Part shown: one piece after another, positions 19,226 through 30,292 of the stretch
Position numbering within the stretch: position 1 is the first letter of the stretch
Layout of the letters: each line of letters opens with the position of its first letter
Assembly: GCA_016188155.1 (NCBI GenBank)
Contig: JACPIH010000002.1
Location: 68,655-132,654, forward strand
Length of the DNA stretch: 64,000 bases
Source of the DNA: Candidatus Woesearchaeota archaeon
Lineage (GTDB): Archaea > Nanobdellota > Nanobdellia > Woesearchaeales > UBA10216
Direction of reading: 5' to 3'
Made by a program: the position numbers and the translations under genes
The notes under the pieces: generated by a model
What the model was told of the DNA's origin: nothing
Database searches by the model: none
Seen by the model: the letters and a program-made list of their open reading frames with translations, nothing else

Positions 19226-20136
19226 TAATCCAGCAGGTCAGAAAGTGTCTGGTCAAAGCCAATCACAGGCTTCCATCCTGTTGCGGCCATAAGCTTTGAG
19301 TTGTCACCGTGAAGGACAGGCACAGTCTTCCCCATAACCCTGGAAGAGTCCTGCTCAATTTTGACTTTTAAGCCGCTGATTTCAATCAGCTTGGCAAGAA
19401 CCTCGCCAATTGTGCAGGCCTTGCCGCTGCAGACGTTGTAAACATCGCCAAAAGAGCCCTTCATAAGCAGAAGAAGATAAGCATTAACAACATCCCTAAC
19501 ATCTGCAAAGTCCCTCTTCACAGTGAGGTCACCAACCTTCACAGCAGGCTGTTGCTTGCTTTTTTCTATATCAGCAAGCTGCTTCGCAAAGTTCGAGCAG
19601 ACGAGCTCCGAAGGCTGGCCAGGGCCGGTATGGTTGAAGCTTCTGGTAATTACTATCCGCACCCCCCTTCGGGAATGCTCCAGCGCAACTTTCTCCTGCT
19701 CCACTCTTGACTCGCCGTAAGGGCTGACTGGCTGCAAAGGGTGATTCTCGGCTGTCGGGAATTTCTTTGCAACGCCATACACCTCTGCAGATGAAACTAT
19801 CAGAATTTTCGGGTTAATCCCAGAGGCGGCAACGGCTTCGAGAAGGTTTTTCGTGCCGCCAACATTAACCTTCCTTGTGAGCTCAGGCTCCTTCCAGCTA
19901 AGCGCAACAGAGCTCTGGCCTGCAAGGTGAAAAACAAGGTCCGGCAGAACTTTTTCCACAGCTGAAGCAACAGCCGCAGCGCGGGTTATATCGCATTGAA
20001 TAACATCACAGCCATCAGCCTTGCTGCCTTTCCTGTCAAGACCGAAGACCTCAAAGCCGTTTTTTGCAAGATGCCGGCTTAGGTAAGGGCCGACAAAGCC
20101 GCCAACACCGGTAATAAGCGCTTTCATCAGCAGCAA
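19207..20136 (-). CDS. rmd: GDP-4-dehydro-6-deoxy-D-mannose reductase-like (Rmd-type extended SDR)
   Basis: MKALITGVGGFVGPYL…, about 310 aa, directly downstream of gmd; pattern resembles Rmd rather than Fcl. Confidence 0.6.
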   Translation of the reverse strand: MLLMKALITGVGGFVGPYLSRHLAKNGFEVFGLDRKGSKADGCDVIQCDITRAAAVASAVEKVLPDLVFHLAGQSSVALSWKEPELTRKVNVGGTKNLLEAVAASGINPKILIVSSAEVYGVAKKFPTAENHPLQPVSPYGESRVEQEKVALEHSRRGVRIVITRSFNHTGPGQPSELVCSNFAKQLADIEKSKQQPAVKVGDLTVKRDFADVRDVVNAYLLLLMKGSFGDVYNVCSGKACTIGEVLAKLIEISGLKVKIEQDSSRVMGKTVPVLHGDNSKLMAATGWKPVIGFDQTLSDLLDYWRRVE

Positions 20137-20153
20137 AGAGAAAGAAGGGCTAT

Positions 20154-21221
<1,068 letters not shown>

Positions 21222-21224
21222 TTA

Positions 21225-22286
21225 TCAAGAGAGAAAGCCAACTGCTGCGGGCACGCTGTGATGGACGCTGTACGGCCTCAGGGAGCTTAAGGCATTTATT
21301 GCTCCAACAGTTGTTCTTTGCATTCTGGCCAGTGGCACACTGTAAAGCCGTGTGTGTTCTTCTCTAGCTCCGGGGCTGGCAAGGCACTCCTTGGCAATGT
21401 TTTCAAAACTCCTTTTAGAGTTCACTGTAACGAAAAAGGCAGGCTGGCCGTTAGTCAGGTCCCTTACAAACCAGACTTTACCAATCTCATAGTCTGGTTG
21501 TGCCAACGTGAGTTCGTCCGAAAGCTCCTTTGCCACATCCTTTCTGATGACATTAGCTGTGTCTTCATCCCACCCTGGCGTGCTTCCCGGAAGGCAAATT
21601 GTTCCGCCAGCTACTGCAAGTCCCCTTCCCTTTTTCACAAGTAGTAATTCCTTGCTGTTGTTTAGCAGAACCATGTAGGCTATCCCGATGCGGTTTGCCA
21701 TCGCAGAATCGCGAGGATGCATCATTCTCCCGTTTTGTGTTTCATAGTCCCTTAGGGTTTTTTCCTCGCCAAAAGCAGGATCAAACTGGCTCAGACGGGC
21801 ATCCATTGCCAAGTTTGACCACATAAAATCGAAGTAGCCCGTTTTTCTTACGTCAAGGGTGAGCCTGCCTCTTTTACCAAACTCATAATCTGCAAGTCCT
21901 ATTCCTTGACCATTCCGCGCAGTTGGGCTTAACCGGGCGTTCAAATACTCTTTGGCGAATTGCTTAAACCGCTCAGGTATGGAATAAGGCTGGTCAAGTG
22001 CTTGCACAATAACCTGTTCAATGCCATCAACTCTTTCAATGGCAGCAACTGGAATAACGCTCCCGTTCACTCTAACAAGTCCTTCCTCATTCCGATAAAG
22101 CTGTCCGTAATTGACAGCCTTGCGCCTAATTACTGGCGCCTTGTTGCCGGCTCTGATTGTTTGTATCAATTCAGGAGAGTCTTCAGCCTGCAGGACAACC
22201 TCATCGATAGTTAGCCCATTCAGCTTTAAGTGATTGATCTCCATTTCATTTGGGGTTTCAGTTCCCGCTTTATAAATATTTCTCAT
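21225..22286 (-). CDS. hypothetical protein (no recognisable family by eye)
   Basis: 353-aa ORF, codon usage consistent with neighbours, sits between gmd and HAD/HIT genes. Confidence 0.4.
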   Translation of the reverse strand: MRNIYKAGTETPNEMEINHLKLNGLTIDEVVLQAEDSPELIQTIRAGNKAPVIRRKAVNYGQLYRNEEGLVRVNGSVIPVAAIERVDGIEQVIVQALDQPYSIPERFKQFAKEYLNARLSPTARNGQGIGLADYEFGKRGRLTLDVRKTGYFDFMWSNLAMDARLSQFDPAFGEEKTLRDYETQNGRMMHPRDSAMANRIGIAYMVLLNNSKELLLVKKGRGLAVAGGTICLPGSTPGWDEDTANVIRKDVAKELSDELTLAQPDYEIGKVWFVRDLTNGQPAFFVTVNSKRSFENIAKECLASPGAREEHTRLYSVPLARMQRTTVGAINALSSLRPYSVHHSVPAAVGFLS

Positions 22287-22344
22287 CTTTTACAACTTTA
22301 CGGGGATAACAATGTTTTAATACTGTGGTTGCTGCCGTGCCCGT

Positions 22345-22983
22345 ATGGATGAAATCAGGGTTATTTTATGGGACATTGGAGGCGTGATTCAGCCTGATGA
22401 CAGGCTTCCCCCAAAAATCCTTGGCATCTCACCAGAAAAGTATGCAAGGCTGGTGGATAAGGAAGAATACCAGCTCTACTTTAAGGGCCTTCGCAGCATT
22501 GAGGAAATGCCCCCTTTTGCACTCCGTTATCTTGGCAGTGAAATAACTCCAGCAAATATTCGGCAAGTAAAGGCTGCCATCTTGGCAACGTGGGAGCCTC
22601 CGAGGCCTGACGTGGTTGCCCTAATCAAGAAAATTCCAGACAGGTTCAGGAAGATGGTTCTTTCTACTGTACCTTATGACATGGAAATCTTTGCCAGGGA
22701 AGCCCATGAAAAAGGGCTTTACCCACCAGAACAGCAGTATCTCCAACTGTTCCGGGATGGTGACATGCTTTTTTCAAACCGGATACATGCGACTAAGAAG
22801 GAAAAAGCGGCATTTGCTGCTGTGTACGATGTTTGCCGCATAGACCCAAAGTATTGGTTATTTATAGATGACCGCCAGCCAAACCTGAGTGTTGCGAAAG
22901 AGTTCGGGGTTGGCCATGTCCTGCTTTACACAACAACCGCTAAGCTGGAAAAGGAGCTGACTATGCTTGGCGTATTGGCATAG
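22345..22983 (+). CDS. HAD-like hydrolase (variant motif I)
   Basis: ILWDIGGVI (DxGGV-type motif I variant), C-terminal FIDDRQ motif. Confidence 0.5.
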   Translation: MDEIRVILWDIGGVIQPDDRLPPKILGISPEKYARLVDKEEYQLYFKGLRSIEEMPPFALRYLGSEITPANIRQVKAAILATWEPPRPDVVALIKKIPDRFRKMVLSTVPYDMEIFAREAHEKGLYPPEQQYLQLFRDGDMLFSNRIHATKKEKAAFAAVYDVCRIDPKYWLFIDDRQPNLSVAKEFGVGHVLLYTTTAKLEKELTMLGVLA

Positions 22984-23043
22984 CCTTAAAAACCCCTAGT
23001 ATGTGTAGAAATTCTTTTATATGAGCTTAGCTGGTTTTGCGGC

Positions 23044-23481
23044 ATGCGCTGCATTTTTTGCGATTTCGTGTCAGGAAAAAGAAAGAGGCACAAAAACCGG
23101 TTTCCGTTCAAAAAGCTTCACGAAACAAGAAACGTTGTTGCGTTCTTGTCAGTCGATTTTCCAGCAACCGAAAACGGCCACACCATTGTTATCCCGAAGA
23201 GGCATTTTAAGCTGCTGGAGAGTGTTCCTGATGGGATTCTCGCTGAGCTAATCGGGGAAATAAAGCTGATTTCAAAGGTTCTTAGGAGAAGCAATGAGGG
23301 AACAAACGTATTGCTGAATAACGGCAGATGCGCCGGGCAGAAAGTGCCCCATGTGCACTTTCACGTGATACCGAGAAACCCCCGGGACCATATCGACGTT
23401 GAACACTTCAGGCGCAAGAAAATGTCTCTGGTTGACTTTGAAAGGCTGCATAAAGAGTTGAGAAAGAGATTTGTTAGCTGA
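23044..23481 (+). CDS. HIT-family (histidine triad) nucleotide hydrolase/transferase
   Basis: HVHFHVIPR histidine-triad motif. Confidence 0.75.
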   Translation: MRCIFCDFVSGKRKRHKNRFPFKKLHETRNVVAFLSVDFPATENGHTIVIPKRHFKLLESVPDGILAELIGEIKLISKVLRRSNEGTNVLLNNGRCAGQKVPHVHFHVIPRNPRDHIDVEHFRRKKMSLVDFERLHKELRKRFVS

Positions 23482-23500
23482 GGTGTTGCCTAGCCGCATC

Positions 23501-24607
23501 TTATTTAAGCTTTAGCTCCTGCATCAGCTTTATGTTATGGTATAATGGGTTGTTAAGCGGGTCTTTCAGAAGCCCTTTCTTGAACGCCTCCACAAGCGTT
23601 TCCACAGCCTCTTCTACTGTGTACTTTGCAGTGAAGCCAAGAACTCTTTTTATCTTGTCTGAGTTGATATGGTAGGACCTGTTGTCATTAGTTGGCACAA
23701 CCTCCAGGTCAACTTCTATTCCAATGCCCTTCTTGACTATCCTCTTTACAAGCATCGCTATCTCGCTGACTGTGAGGTTTTGGTAGCCTGCGTTGAAGGT
23801 TTGGTGCCTCAGCTTTTCCCAGGGCGCTGCCAGCAGCAGCTCGTATGCCCTTACCATATCCTTGATATTCAAGTTAGGCCTTAGCTGGTTCCCTCCGAAA
23901 ATCTTGATTTTCTTGTTCACGAGCGCGTTTATGGTTAGTATGTTCACAACAAGGTCCAGCCTGAGCCTTGGGGCGTAGCCGCACACAGTTGCCGGCCTTA
24001 TAGTGACCCATTCAATGCCTTCCCCTTCCTCTTTCAGAACCCGCTCGCATTCTGCCTTGTATTTTGAGTAGTCGGTCAGGGGCTCAAGCGTTGCCTCTTC
24101 CACGACGTTCTTTTCAGACTTAAGGCCATAAACGCTGGAAGTGCTTGCATAAATAAGCCGTTTTGCATTGTTTGCCCTTGCCGCTTCCATAACATTGTAG
24201 AATGCGTCGAAGTTGATTGACTTCCCAAGGCCTGGATCGAGTTCAAAGCTGGGGTCATTGGAGATGCACGCAAGGTGGATGATGGCATCGGAGCCTTTCG
24301 CTGCCGCCACTAGTTTTCCCCTGTCCCTTATGTCCCCTTTTATTTCTGTCAGCTTTGGGTTTTTTATGCCCTTGAAAACATCGCCGTAGATGTAGAGGTC
24401 GTAAACAACTACCTCATAGCCCCCCGCCAGCAGGCTTTGGACTAGTGCAGAGCCAACATAACCGGCGCCGCCTGTGATAAGGACTTTTTTTATGCCAACA
24501 GGATTAATTTTTATCACCTTTGCCTTTCCCGAGGTATTTGAACCATTTCTCGGTTGCCTGTCCGATTGATTTCTCATCCCAGAGAGGGGCGTCTTTCCAG
24601 TAATCAA
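23501..24607 (-). CDS. NAD-dependent epimerase/dehydratase (extended SDR); true start probably internal
   Basis: KKVLITGGAGYVGSAL; ORF N-terminus overlaps upstream gene by about 100 nt so a downstream start (for example GTG near 24535) is likely. Confidence 0.7.
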   Translation of the reverse strand: MITGKTPLSGMRNQSDRQPRNGSNTSGKAKVIKINPVGIKKVLITGGAGYVGSALVQSLLAGGYEVVVYDLYIYGDVFKGIKNPKLTEIKGDIRDRGKLVAAAKGSDAIIHLACISNDPSFELDPGLGKSINFDAFYNVMEAARANNAKRLIYASTSSVYGLKSEKNVVEEATLEPLTDYSKYKAECERVLKEEGEGIEWVTIRPATVCGYAPRLRLDLVVNILTINALVNKKIKIFGGNQLRPNLNIKDMVRAYELLLAAPWEKLRHQTFNAGYQNLTVSEIAMLVKRIVKKGIGIEVDLEVVPTNDNRSYHINSDKIKRVLGFTAKYTVEEAVETLVEAFKKGLLKDPLNNPLYHNIKLMQELKLK

Positions 24608-25526
24608 TGTTATCCAGCATAATTTTTACGCCTTCTTCAAACGACACTTCAGGTTCCCATTTAAGAAGCTTTCGAGCCTTTGTGATATCCGCGTGGGTGC
24701 TGTCAGGCTCACCAGGCCGTTTTGGAATGTGTAGTGTTTTGCCGCCTATTAATCTGGCGAGGTGGTTGACTGACTGCGGTTTTCCGGTGCCGATGTTGAT
24801 AATTTCGCCAACAACGTCAGATTCTGCAGCGATGAGGGTTGCTTTTGCAACATCGGTTACATAAGTGAAGTCTCTCGTTTGGGTTCCATCCCCAACAATG
24901 GTAAGCGGCCGATTATGCAATTTCTGTGCAAGGAAGACCTTGAAAACAGCTCCGTATGTGTCATTCGTTCTGGCTCGTGTTCCGTATGCGTTGAAGTACC
25001 TCAATGATACTACAGGAAGACCGTAGAGCTTGTGCCAGAACATCACGTAAAGCTCTCCAACGTACTTGGTGAAGGCGTACGGGTATTGCGGCCTTATCTC
25101 GGCAGTTTCAGGCGTGGGAAACTGGTCTGGTATGCCGTAGCAGGAGGAAGAGGCGCTGTAAACGAGTTTTTTAATGCCATATTTCCTGCACGCTTCCAGC
25201 ACTTTGATTGTGCCTGTTACGTTTACTTCGTGGTATCTTTGCGGCTGCTCAATGGATGGAACAATGTCGGCAAGGGCCGCCATGTGAAAGACGTAAGTTG
25301 CGCCCTTAAACAAGGAATCATCGAATTCCCCTGACAGGTCAATCCTGTGAAACTCATAGTTCTGGTTGCCTTTGAACAAGTCAATGTTGTCCTGCTGGCC
25401 GTTGGACATGTCATCAATGGCAACCACGCGGTAGCCTTTGCTGAGAAGCAGTTCAGTCAGGTGCGAGCCGATAAAGCCTGCGCCACCAGTTACAATGGCT
25501 TTTTTCCCGTCTTTCATGTATGCCAT
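24504..25526 (-). CDS. NAD-dependent epimerase/dehydratase (UDP-sugar 4-epimerase-like)
   Basis: [17 protein letters not shown]…; YxxxK. Confidence 0.75.
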   Translation of the reverse strand: MAYMKDGKKAIVTGGAGFIGSHLTELLLSKGYRVVAIDDMSNGQQDNIDLFKGNQNYEFHRIDLSGEFDDSLFKGATYVFHMAALADIVPSIEQPQRYHEVNVTGTIKVLEACRKYGIKKLVYSASSSCYGIPDQFPTPETAEIRPQYPYAFTKYVGELYVMFWHKLYGLPVVSLRYFNAYGTRARTNDTYGAVFKVFLAQKLHNRPLTIVGDGTQTRDFTYVTDVAKATLIAAESDVVGEIINIGTGKPQSVNHLARLIGGKTLHIPKRPGEPDSTHADITKARKLLKWEPEVSFEEGVKIMLDNIDYWKDAPLWDEKSIGQATEKWFKYLGKGKGDKN

Positions 25527-25591
25527 ATTATCAGAAGGGTTGACTGTGCGACTTCTTTAAATTTTCCATTTAATGGTATTCAATGGGGCAG

Positions 25592-26284
25592 TCAAATTGG
25601 TTGTTGCAGCTTTTCCGCTGCCACAGAATTTGCCGATTGGGGTTCGCTGACTTCTTTAATCCTCTCATGCAAATATGATGCTATGAGATGGTGCACCATG
25701 AGGTGGCAGCTCTCTACCCTGCCATAATGGTTTGATTTCACAAGGACCGTATGGTCTGCTATGTTCATTAACTTTCCGCCATCAAAGCCGAGCAAGGCAA
25801 TGGTCTTGGCCCCAAACTTCTTGGCAAGCTCAACTCCCTTAATTACGTTTGGGGAATTGCCGCTTCCGCTAATGGCAATGACAACATCACCCTTATTTAC
25901 ATAATGGTTGAGCTGCTGGGAAAACATGTCATCATACGAAAGGTCATTTGCAAAAGCCGTCATTAAGGCAACGTTATCGGTCAGGGATATGACGCGAAAG
26001 CGCTTTTCCGTGTGGTCATAGACCCTTTGCAAAGTGCCTTTTGCTATGTCACAGGCGAAATGGGAGGCTGTTGAGGCACTCCCGCCATTCCCGAAGATAA
26101 AGACCTGCTTGCCTTCTTTCCATGCGTCGAACAGTACATCTACAACGTGCTTTACATCTTCAGGACGTATCGAGTCCATGTCTTTTTTCTCTTGTTCGAT
26201 GTAGTTCCTTATGTATTGGACCATTTTTGTCAGGCAGCTGGCAGCAGGGGCATGTTTAAAAATTTTGTGATAGCCAAGCCGCAC
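25592..26284 (-). CDS. gmhA: SIS-domain sedoheptulose-7-phosphate isomerase-like (GmhA-type)
   Basis: VFIFGNGGSASTASHFACD…ISGSGNSPNV…LLGFDGG…CHLMVHH matches short GmhA pattern. Confidence 0.7.
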   Translation of the reverse strand: MRLGYHKIFKHAPAASCLTKMVQYIRNYIEQEKKDMDSIRPEDVKHVVDVLFDAWKEGKQVFIFGNGGSASTASHFACDIAKGTLQRVYDHTEKRFRVISLTDNVALMTAFANDLSYDDMFSQQLNHYVNKGDVVIAISGSGNSPNVIKGVELAKKFGAKTIALLGFDGGKLMNIADHTVLVKSNHYGRVESCHLMVHHLIASYLHERIKEVSEPQSANSVAAEKLQQPI

Positions 26285-26335
26285 CGCCGCATCCCTGAGC
26301 TATTAGTAACTTAATAGTGGTCAAATATGGAAAGG

Positions 26336-26343
26336 TTTATAAA
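26336..26343 (+). promoter_or_regulatory. archaeal-type TATA box (TTTATAAA) about 27 nt upstream of ATG 26367
   Basis: Sequence and spacing; implies leaderless transcript. Confidence 0.4.
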
Positions 26344-26366
26344 GCGTGGTTGATGCTTCAGTTTTG

Positions 26367-27563
26367 ATGGGTATGACTTTAGACTTGTGCGTTGTTGGAG
26401 CTGGGGAATGCTACGAAAAATATTTCTTGCCAGCCGACAGGCTTCTCAGGGAGCATGGTATCGCGGCCATCCGAACAGTTATTGACGTGAAAGACCCTGC
26501 AGGTGTCCGCCTCCCTACTGGCGCAGCTTATCTCAAACGCCGGGAACCGCAGCAGCCACTTGACCAATTATTAACAGGTACAAAAAACGATATTGTAGTT
26601 CTTGCACATTCAAATGATTTCCATACGCCTGACGCAGAAGAACTCGTCCGCCACGGTTACAAGGTTGTTGTCGAAAAGCCTTACTCAGTTAACTTAGGGG
26701 AATTATCAAGGTTGCAAGCTTTGGTACAAAGCGGAAATCTCGGTCTCATCGAATATTACTTGTTTGGAAAGACGCCACAGCTCCACATACTTTCAGGAAC
26801 AATCCCTCCAGATTCCTTTTTTCTTACCACGCCAGGCCTGTTGAAAGGCGATGTTGCAGAATTAAGACAAAATGCTGGGCGATTGCAGGACATAGTTGGC
26901 AAAGTAAACTATGTTCAAATACAGTTCTTGGAAGGCGCAAACGACACTGGCAGCCTAATGCATCGGCATGACAGCACAAGCATTGCAAGCTTAGGCGGCG
27001 GTACAATTAGCGATGATGCAATCCATTGCTTTGCAATTGTCACGTCACTGGAGCACGTAATGGGCAAGATAACAGAACTAAACTCTGTCAAGGCTGCCGT
27101 GTGCCAGGAGCATCAGCAGCATTTTATGGGAAAAGGTTACAAGGCCGTGGATGTTGCTGAAACATACGCGAGCATTCGGCTAAGCGCTGGCGATGTCCCC
27201 ATCAGCTTTACCGTCGGCAAATACGTCCTTGGGTGGCCTAACAATGGCAGGAACCATCGCAACCTCCTAATAGTTGGCACTAACGGGAAGATAGATGTTG
27301 ACCTTTCAAGTTGCACCATGGCAGTCTATGAAGGCGATTCGGTAGAGCCGCGATGGAAAGTTGGCGTTGAACGCGAGCAGTTCCCAAGATACTACGCTGT
27401 TGTCCGGGCGGCGATAGAAGGGTTTGATGGCAAATTCAAAAGCCTCACGCCAACAATTCTGGAAGCCCAGGCCCATGTGCTTGAATCAGTTGATGTTGCG
27501 AAGCGCCAATACGGCAATATGCCTGCATACCCGGCAGGCGCAGAAGCACACGAAATTCAATAA
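26367..27563 (+). CDS. Gfo/Idh/MocA-like NAD(P)-dependent oxidoreductase (possible sugar oxidoreductase)
   Basis: VVVEKPYSVNLGEL motif; ATG 26367 preferred over GTG 26346 because TATA box 26336-26343 lies about 27 nt upstream. Confidence 0.5.
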   Translation: MGMTLDLCVVGAGECYEKYFLPADRLLREHGIAAIRTVIDVKDPAGVRLPTGAAYLKRREPQQPLDQLLTGTKNDIVVLAHSNDFHTPDAEELVRHGYKVVVEKPYSVNLGELSRLQALVQSGNLGLIEYYLFGKTPQLHILSGTIPPDSFFLTTPGLLKGDVAELRQNAGRLQDIVGKVNYVQIQFLEGANDTGSLMHRHDSTSIASLGGGTISDDAIHCFAIVTSLEHVMGKITELNSVKAAVCQEHQQHFMGKGYKAVDVAETYASIRLSAGDVPISFTVGKYVLGWPNNGRNHRNLLIVGTNGKIDVDLSSCTMAVYEGDSVEPRWKVGVEREQFPRYYAVVRAAIEGFDGKFKSLTPTILEAQAHVLESVDVAKRQYGNMPAYPAGAEAHEIQ

Positions 27564-27668
27564 ACAGCGGAAGGCAGGGCTATAAGTTCTGGGTTATCGC
27601 GCAGAAAGCGAAATGAGAACAGTTTTGGAAGCGCAAACTTTATAAAATCCGGTGAAAATGGCTTTTTC

Positions 27669-28322
27669 ATGATGGAAGTAAATCTTTTGGATTTGTATCC
27701 AAAAACCAAGCGTAATCCGGACGAACGTGCCGAAACTATAAATGATGAAGACAAGAGAATTGCAAAACAGTTTGGCAAGGAATTTTTTGATGGCTCCAGA
27801 AATACGGGTTACGGGGGCTACAGGTATGATGGCCGGTGGGTTCCGGTAGTTGAGCGCTTTGCCCAGCACTACGGCTTAACCGCAGGCAGCTCAGTTCTTG
27901 ACGTTGGCTGCGCAAAGGGGTTTATGCTGCACGACTTTCAGAAGGCAGTCCCGGGCATTACCGTCGAGGGCATTGACATTTCCCAGTATGCGATTGACAA
28001 TGCTATGGAGGGCGTTAAGCCGTTTCTTCACGTTGGTAATGCAAAGGACCTTTCCAGCTATGGCGATAAGTCTTTTACCCTGGTGGTCTCAATTACCACG
28101 GTTCACAATCTCAGGCTTGCAGACTGCAAAATGGCCTTAAGGGAAATCCAGCGTGTTGGCAAGCATGCCTTCATAACCGTAGATGCGTGGCGCAATCCTG
28201 AAGAGGAAGCCAGGATGAAGAAGTGGAACATCACGGCAGAGACTTTCATGCATGTTGATGACTGGAAAAGGCTATTTGATGAGGTTGGCTATACGGGGGA
28301 TTACTACTGGTTTATTCCCTGA
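27669..28322 (+). CDS. class I SAM-dependent methyltransferase
   Basis: VLDVGCAKGFML…EGIDIS motif I/II. Confidence 0.7.
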   Translation: MMEVNLLDLYPKTKRNPDERAETINDEDKRIAKQFGKEFFDGSRNTGYGGYRYDGRWVPVVERFAQHYGLTAGSSVLDVGCAKGFMLHDFQKAVPGITVEGIDISQYAIDNAMEGVKPFLHVGNAKDLSSYGDKSFTLVVSITTVHNLRLADCKMALREIQRVGKHAFITVDAWRNPEEEARMKKWNITAETFMHVDDWKRLFDEVGYTGDYYWFIP

Positions 28323-28350
28323 ATAAATTCTTGAATAAACGTGAAGCAAG

Positions 28351-29412
28351 ATGAGATTTAAAGCAGCTGTTCTTTACGAACAAAACAAGCCTTTGGTAAT
28401 TGAGGAGCTTGAAACGCAAGCGCTTGGGCACGGCCAGGTACTGGTGAAAATTCTCTACAGCGGCATTTGCCAAACGCAGGTTAACGAAGTAAAGGGCATA
28501 AAGGGCCCTGACAAGTACATACCTCACTGCCTTGGCCACGAAGCGTCAGGCATAGTTCATGAAATCGGCCCCGGCGTAACCCGTATCAGGCCGGGTGATT
28601 ACGTTGTTCTGTCATGGATAAAGGGCCCGGGCCTTGAAGTCCCATCAATGCAATATTTGCGGGGCGCCTCTAAAATAAACGCTGGCGCAGTAACCACATT
28701 TAACACGTTTTCCGTGGTTTCGGAAAACCGCATTACTAAAATTCCAAAACAGGTTCCAGCTGACGTTGCTGCGCTGCTTGGCTGCGCTGTCCCTACCGGT
28801 GCGGGAATGGTGAAGAATACCCTAAAAGCAGAGCCTGGCAGCAGCATTGCAATTTTCGGGCTTGGCGGTGTTGGGCTGAGTGCCGTATTGTTCGCAAGTG
28901 CGGTTGGCTGTGCCAAAATTATTGCTGTTGATATTCACGACTCAAAACTGGAGCTTGCGAAAAAGCTTGGTGCGACACATGTCATAAACAGCGCCAATGA
29001 GCAGGCTCTGGAAAAAATAAGGGCACTCACCGGGGGACTTATTGGGTCCGGTGCCGATTATGCAATTGAATCTTCTGGAGTAAGAGAGGTAATGGAGCTG
29101 GCATTCGAAGCCGTAAGATTCGGCGGCACCGCTGTGCTTGCAGGCAATATACGAAAGGGAGACAAGATTGCCATTGACCCGTACGCCCTTATACACGGGA
29201 AAAAGATTATTGGGACATGGGGCGGCGAAACTCGTACCGATGAGGACATACCTTTCTATGCCGAACAGTACTTGCAGGGCAAATTGAAAATTGACCAGCT
29301 AATTACGCACCGCTACAAACTTGAGGATATTAATGCGGCATTTACAGAACTTAAAGATGGCACTATGGGCAGGGCGCTGATAAAGCTTGGCGAAAAGCCT
29401 GATGAAGCGTAG
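28351..29412 (+). CDS. zinc-dependent alcohol dehydrogenase-family (MDR) oxidoreductase
   Basis: CLGHEASGIVHEIGPGVT…; GLGGVGL Rossmann. Confidence 0.75.
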   Translation: MRFKAAVLYEQNKPLVIEELETQALGHGQVLVKILYSGICQTQVNEVKGIKGPDKYIPHCLGHEASGIVHEIGPGVTRIRPGDYVVLSWIKGPGLEVPSMQYLRGASKINAGAVTTFNTFSVVSENRITKIPKQVPADVAALLGCAVPTGAGMVKNTLKAEPGSSIAIFGLGGVGLSAVLFASAVGCAKIIAVDIHDSKLELAKKLGATHVINSANEQALEKIRALTGGLIGSGADYAIESSGVREVMELAFEAVRFGGTAVLAGNIRKGDKIAIDPYALIHGKKIIGTWGGETRTDEDIPFYAEQYLQGKLKIDQLITHRYKLEDINAAFTELKDGTMGRALIKLGEKPDEA

Positions 29413-29445
29413 CTAGCGTGGTTGCTTAGGAAGTATAACGAGAAT

Positions 29446-30291
29446 TTACGGTGCGTTCCTGTGCCTTCTCAACTTGTACATGTTGCTGTCGGACTTAAGC
29501 TCGGCAGCCAATAAGCTGCTTTCTGCGCCTTTCCACTTGTCGTGAACTACTGAAAAGTTCCTGCCGCTTGCTACGCCTCTCCCTTGGGCTTGCAGCCAAT
29601 TGATGCACCCGTAAATGTCATCCATACTTGTGCCTCCACCCTCCTGCTTCATAAACTCAACAGTTTTTTGGTAATTAATGGCACCAGCCCTTTCCTCGCC
29701 AGCCTCAAGCGTTTGGTAATGCGTTTTGCTCTTTGTCCAGCCAGGCCCCACAATGAATACGTTAAGGTCTTTTGCTTCATCATCCAACAGTTCGCACATT
29801 TTTATTAACATTATTTTTGAAGCCACATAAGCGGAGTAATTCGTGAATGGGTTATTAGCTCCAGGACCGGCAAAGAAGACAGCAGCGGCGCCTGTTTTAT
29901 TTCTATACGGGTAAAGGCCGTGCAGCACGCGCAGCTGTTCTATCGCGTTTACATGAACAGACTCGCTCCAATAGTCAAAATCAATGTCAAAGAATTTGCC
30001 TATCGGGTTTGGGGTGCCGGCACACGAAATAAAAATGTCCCAAGGAAGGTTCAGGGCAGCATACGCCTTCAAAAACGCTGATACCTGCTCTTTTTTGGCA
30101 ATATCACAAGGGAACAAACGGCAGTTCGGCAGCTTTTTAAGGCCATTGAGATGCTCTTCAGAGCGGTAAGTTCCTATTATCGCATACCCGTCTCTAGCGT
30201 ACCTAAATGCCAGTTCCCTGCCTATGTCACTGCTAATGGAGCTTAAAACTACAACCTTAATGGTAGACATGCTAGCCATGTTTGGAGACAA
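29446..30291 (-). CDS. short-chain dehydrogenase/reductase-like protein
   Basis: YSAYVASK (YxxxK) active-site motif; degenerate N-terminal Gly motif. Confidence 0.5.
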   Translation of the reverse strand: MSPNMASMSTIKVVVLSSISSDIGRELAFRYARDGYAIIGTYRSEEHLNGLKKLPNCRLFPCDIAKKEQVSAFLKAYAALNLPWDIFISCAGTPNPIGKFFDIDFDYWSESVHVNAIEQLRVLHGLYPYRNKTGAAAVFFAGPGANNPFTNYSAYVASKIMLIKMCELLDDEAKDLNVFIVGPGWTKSKTHYQTLEAGEERAGAINYQKTVEFMKQEGGGTSMDDIYGCINWLQAQGRGVASGRNFSVVHDKWKGAESSLLAAELKSDSNMYKLRRHRNAP

Positions 30292-30292
30292 T

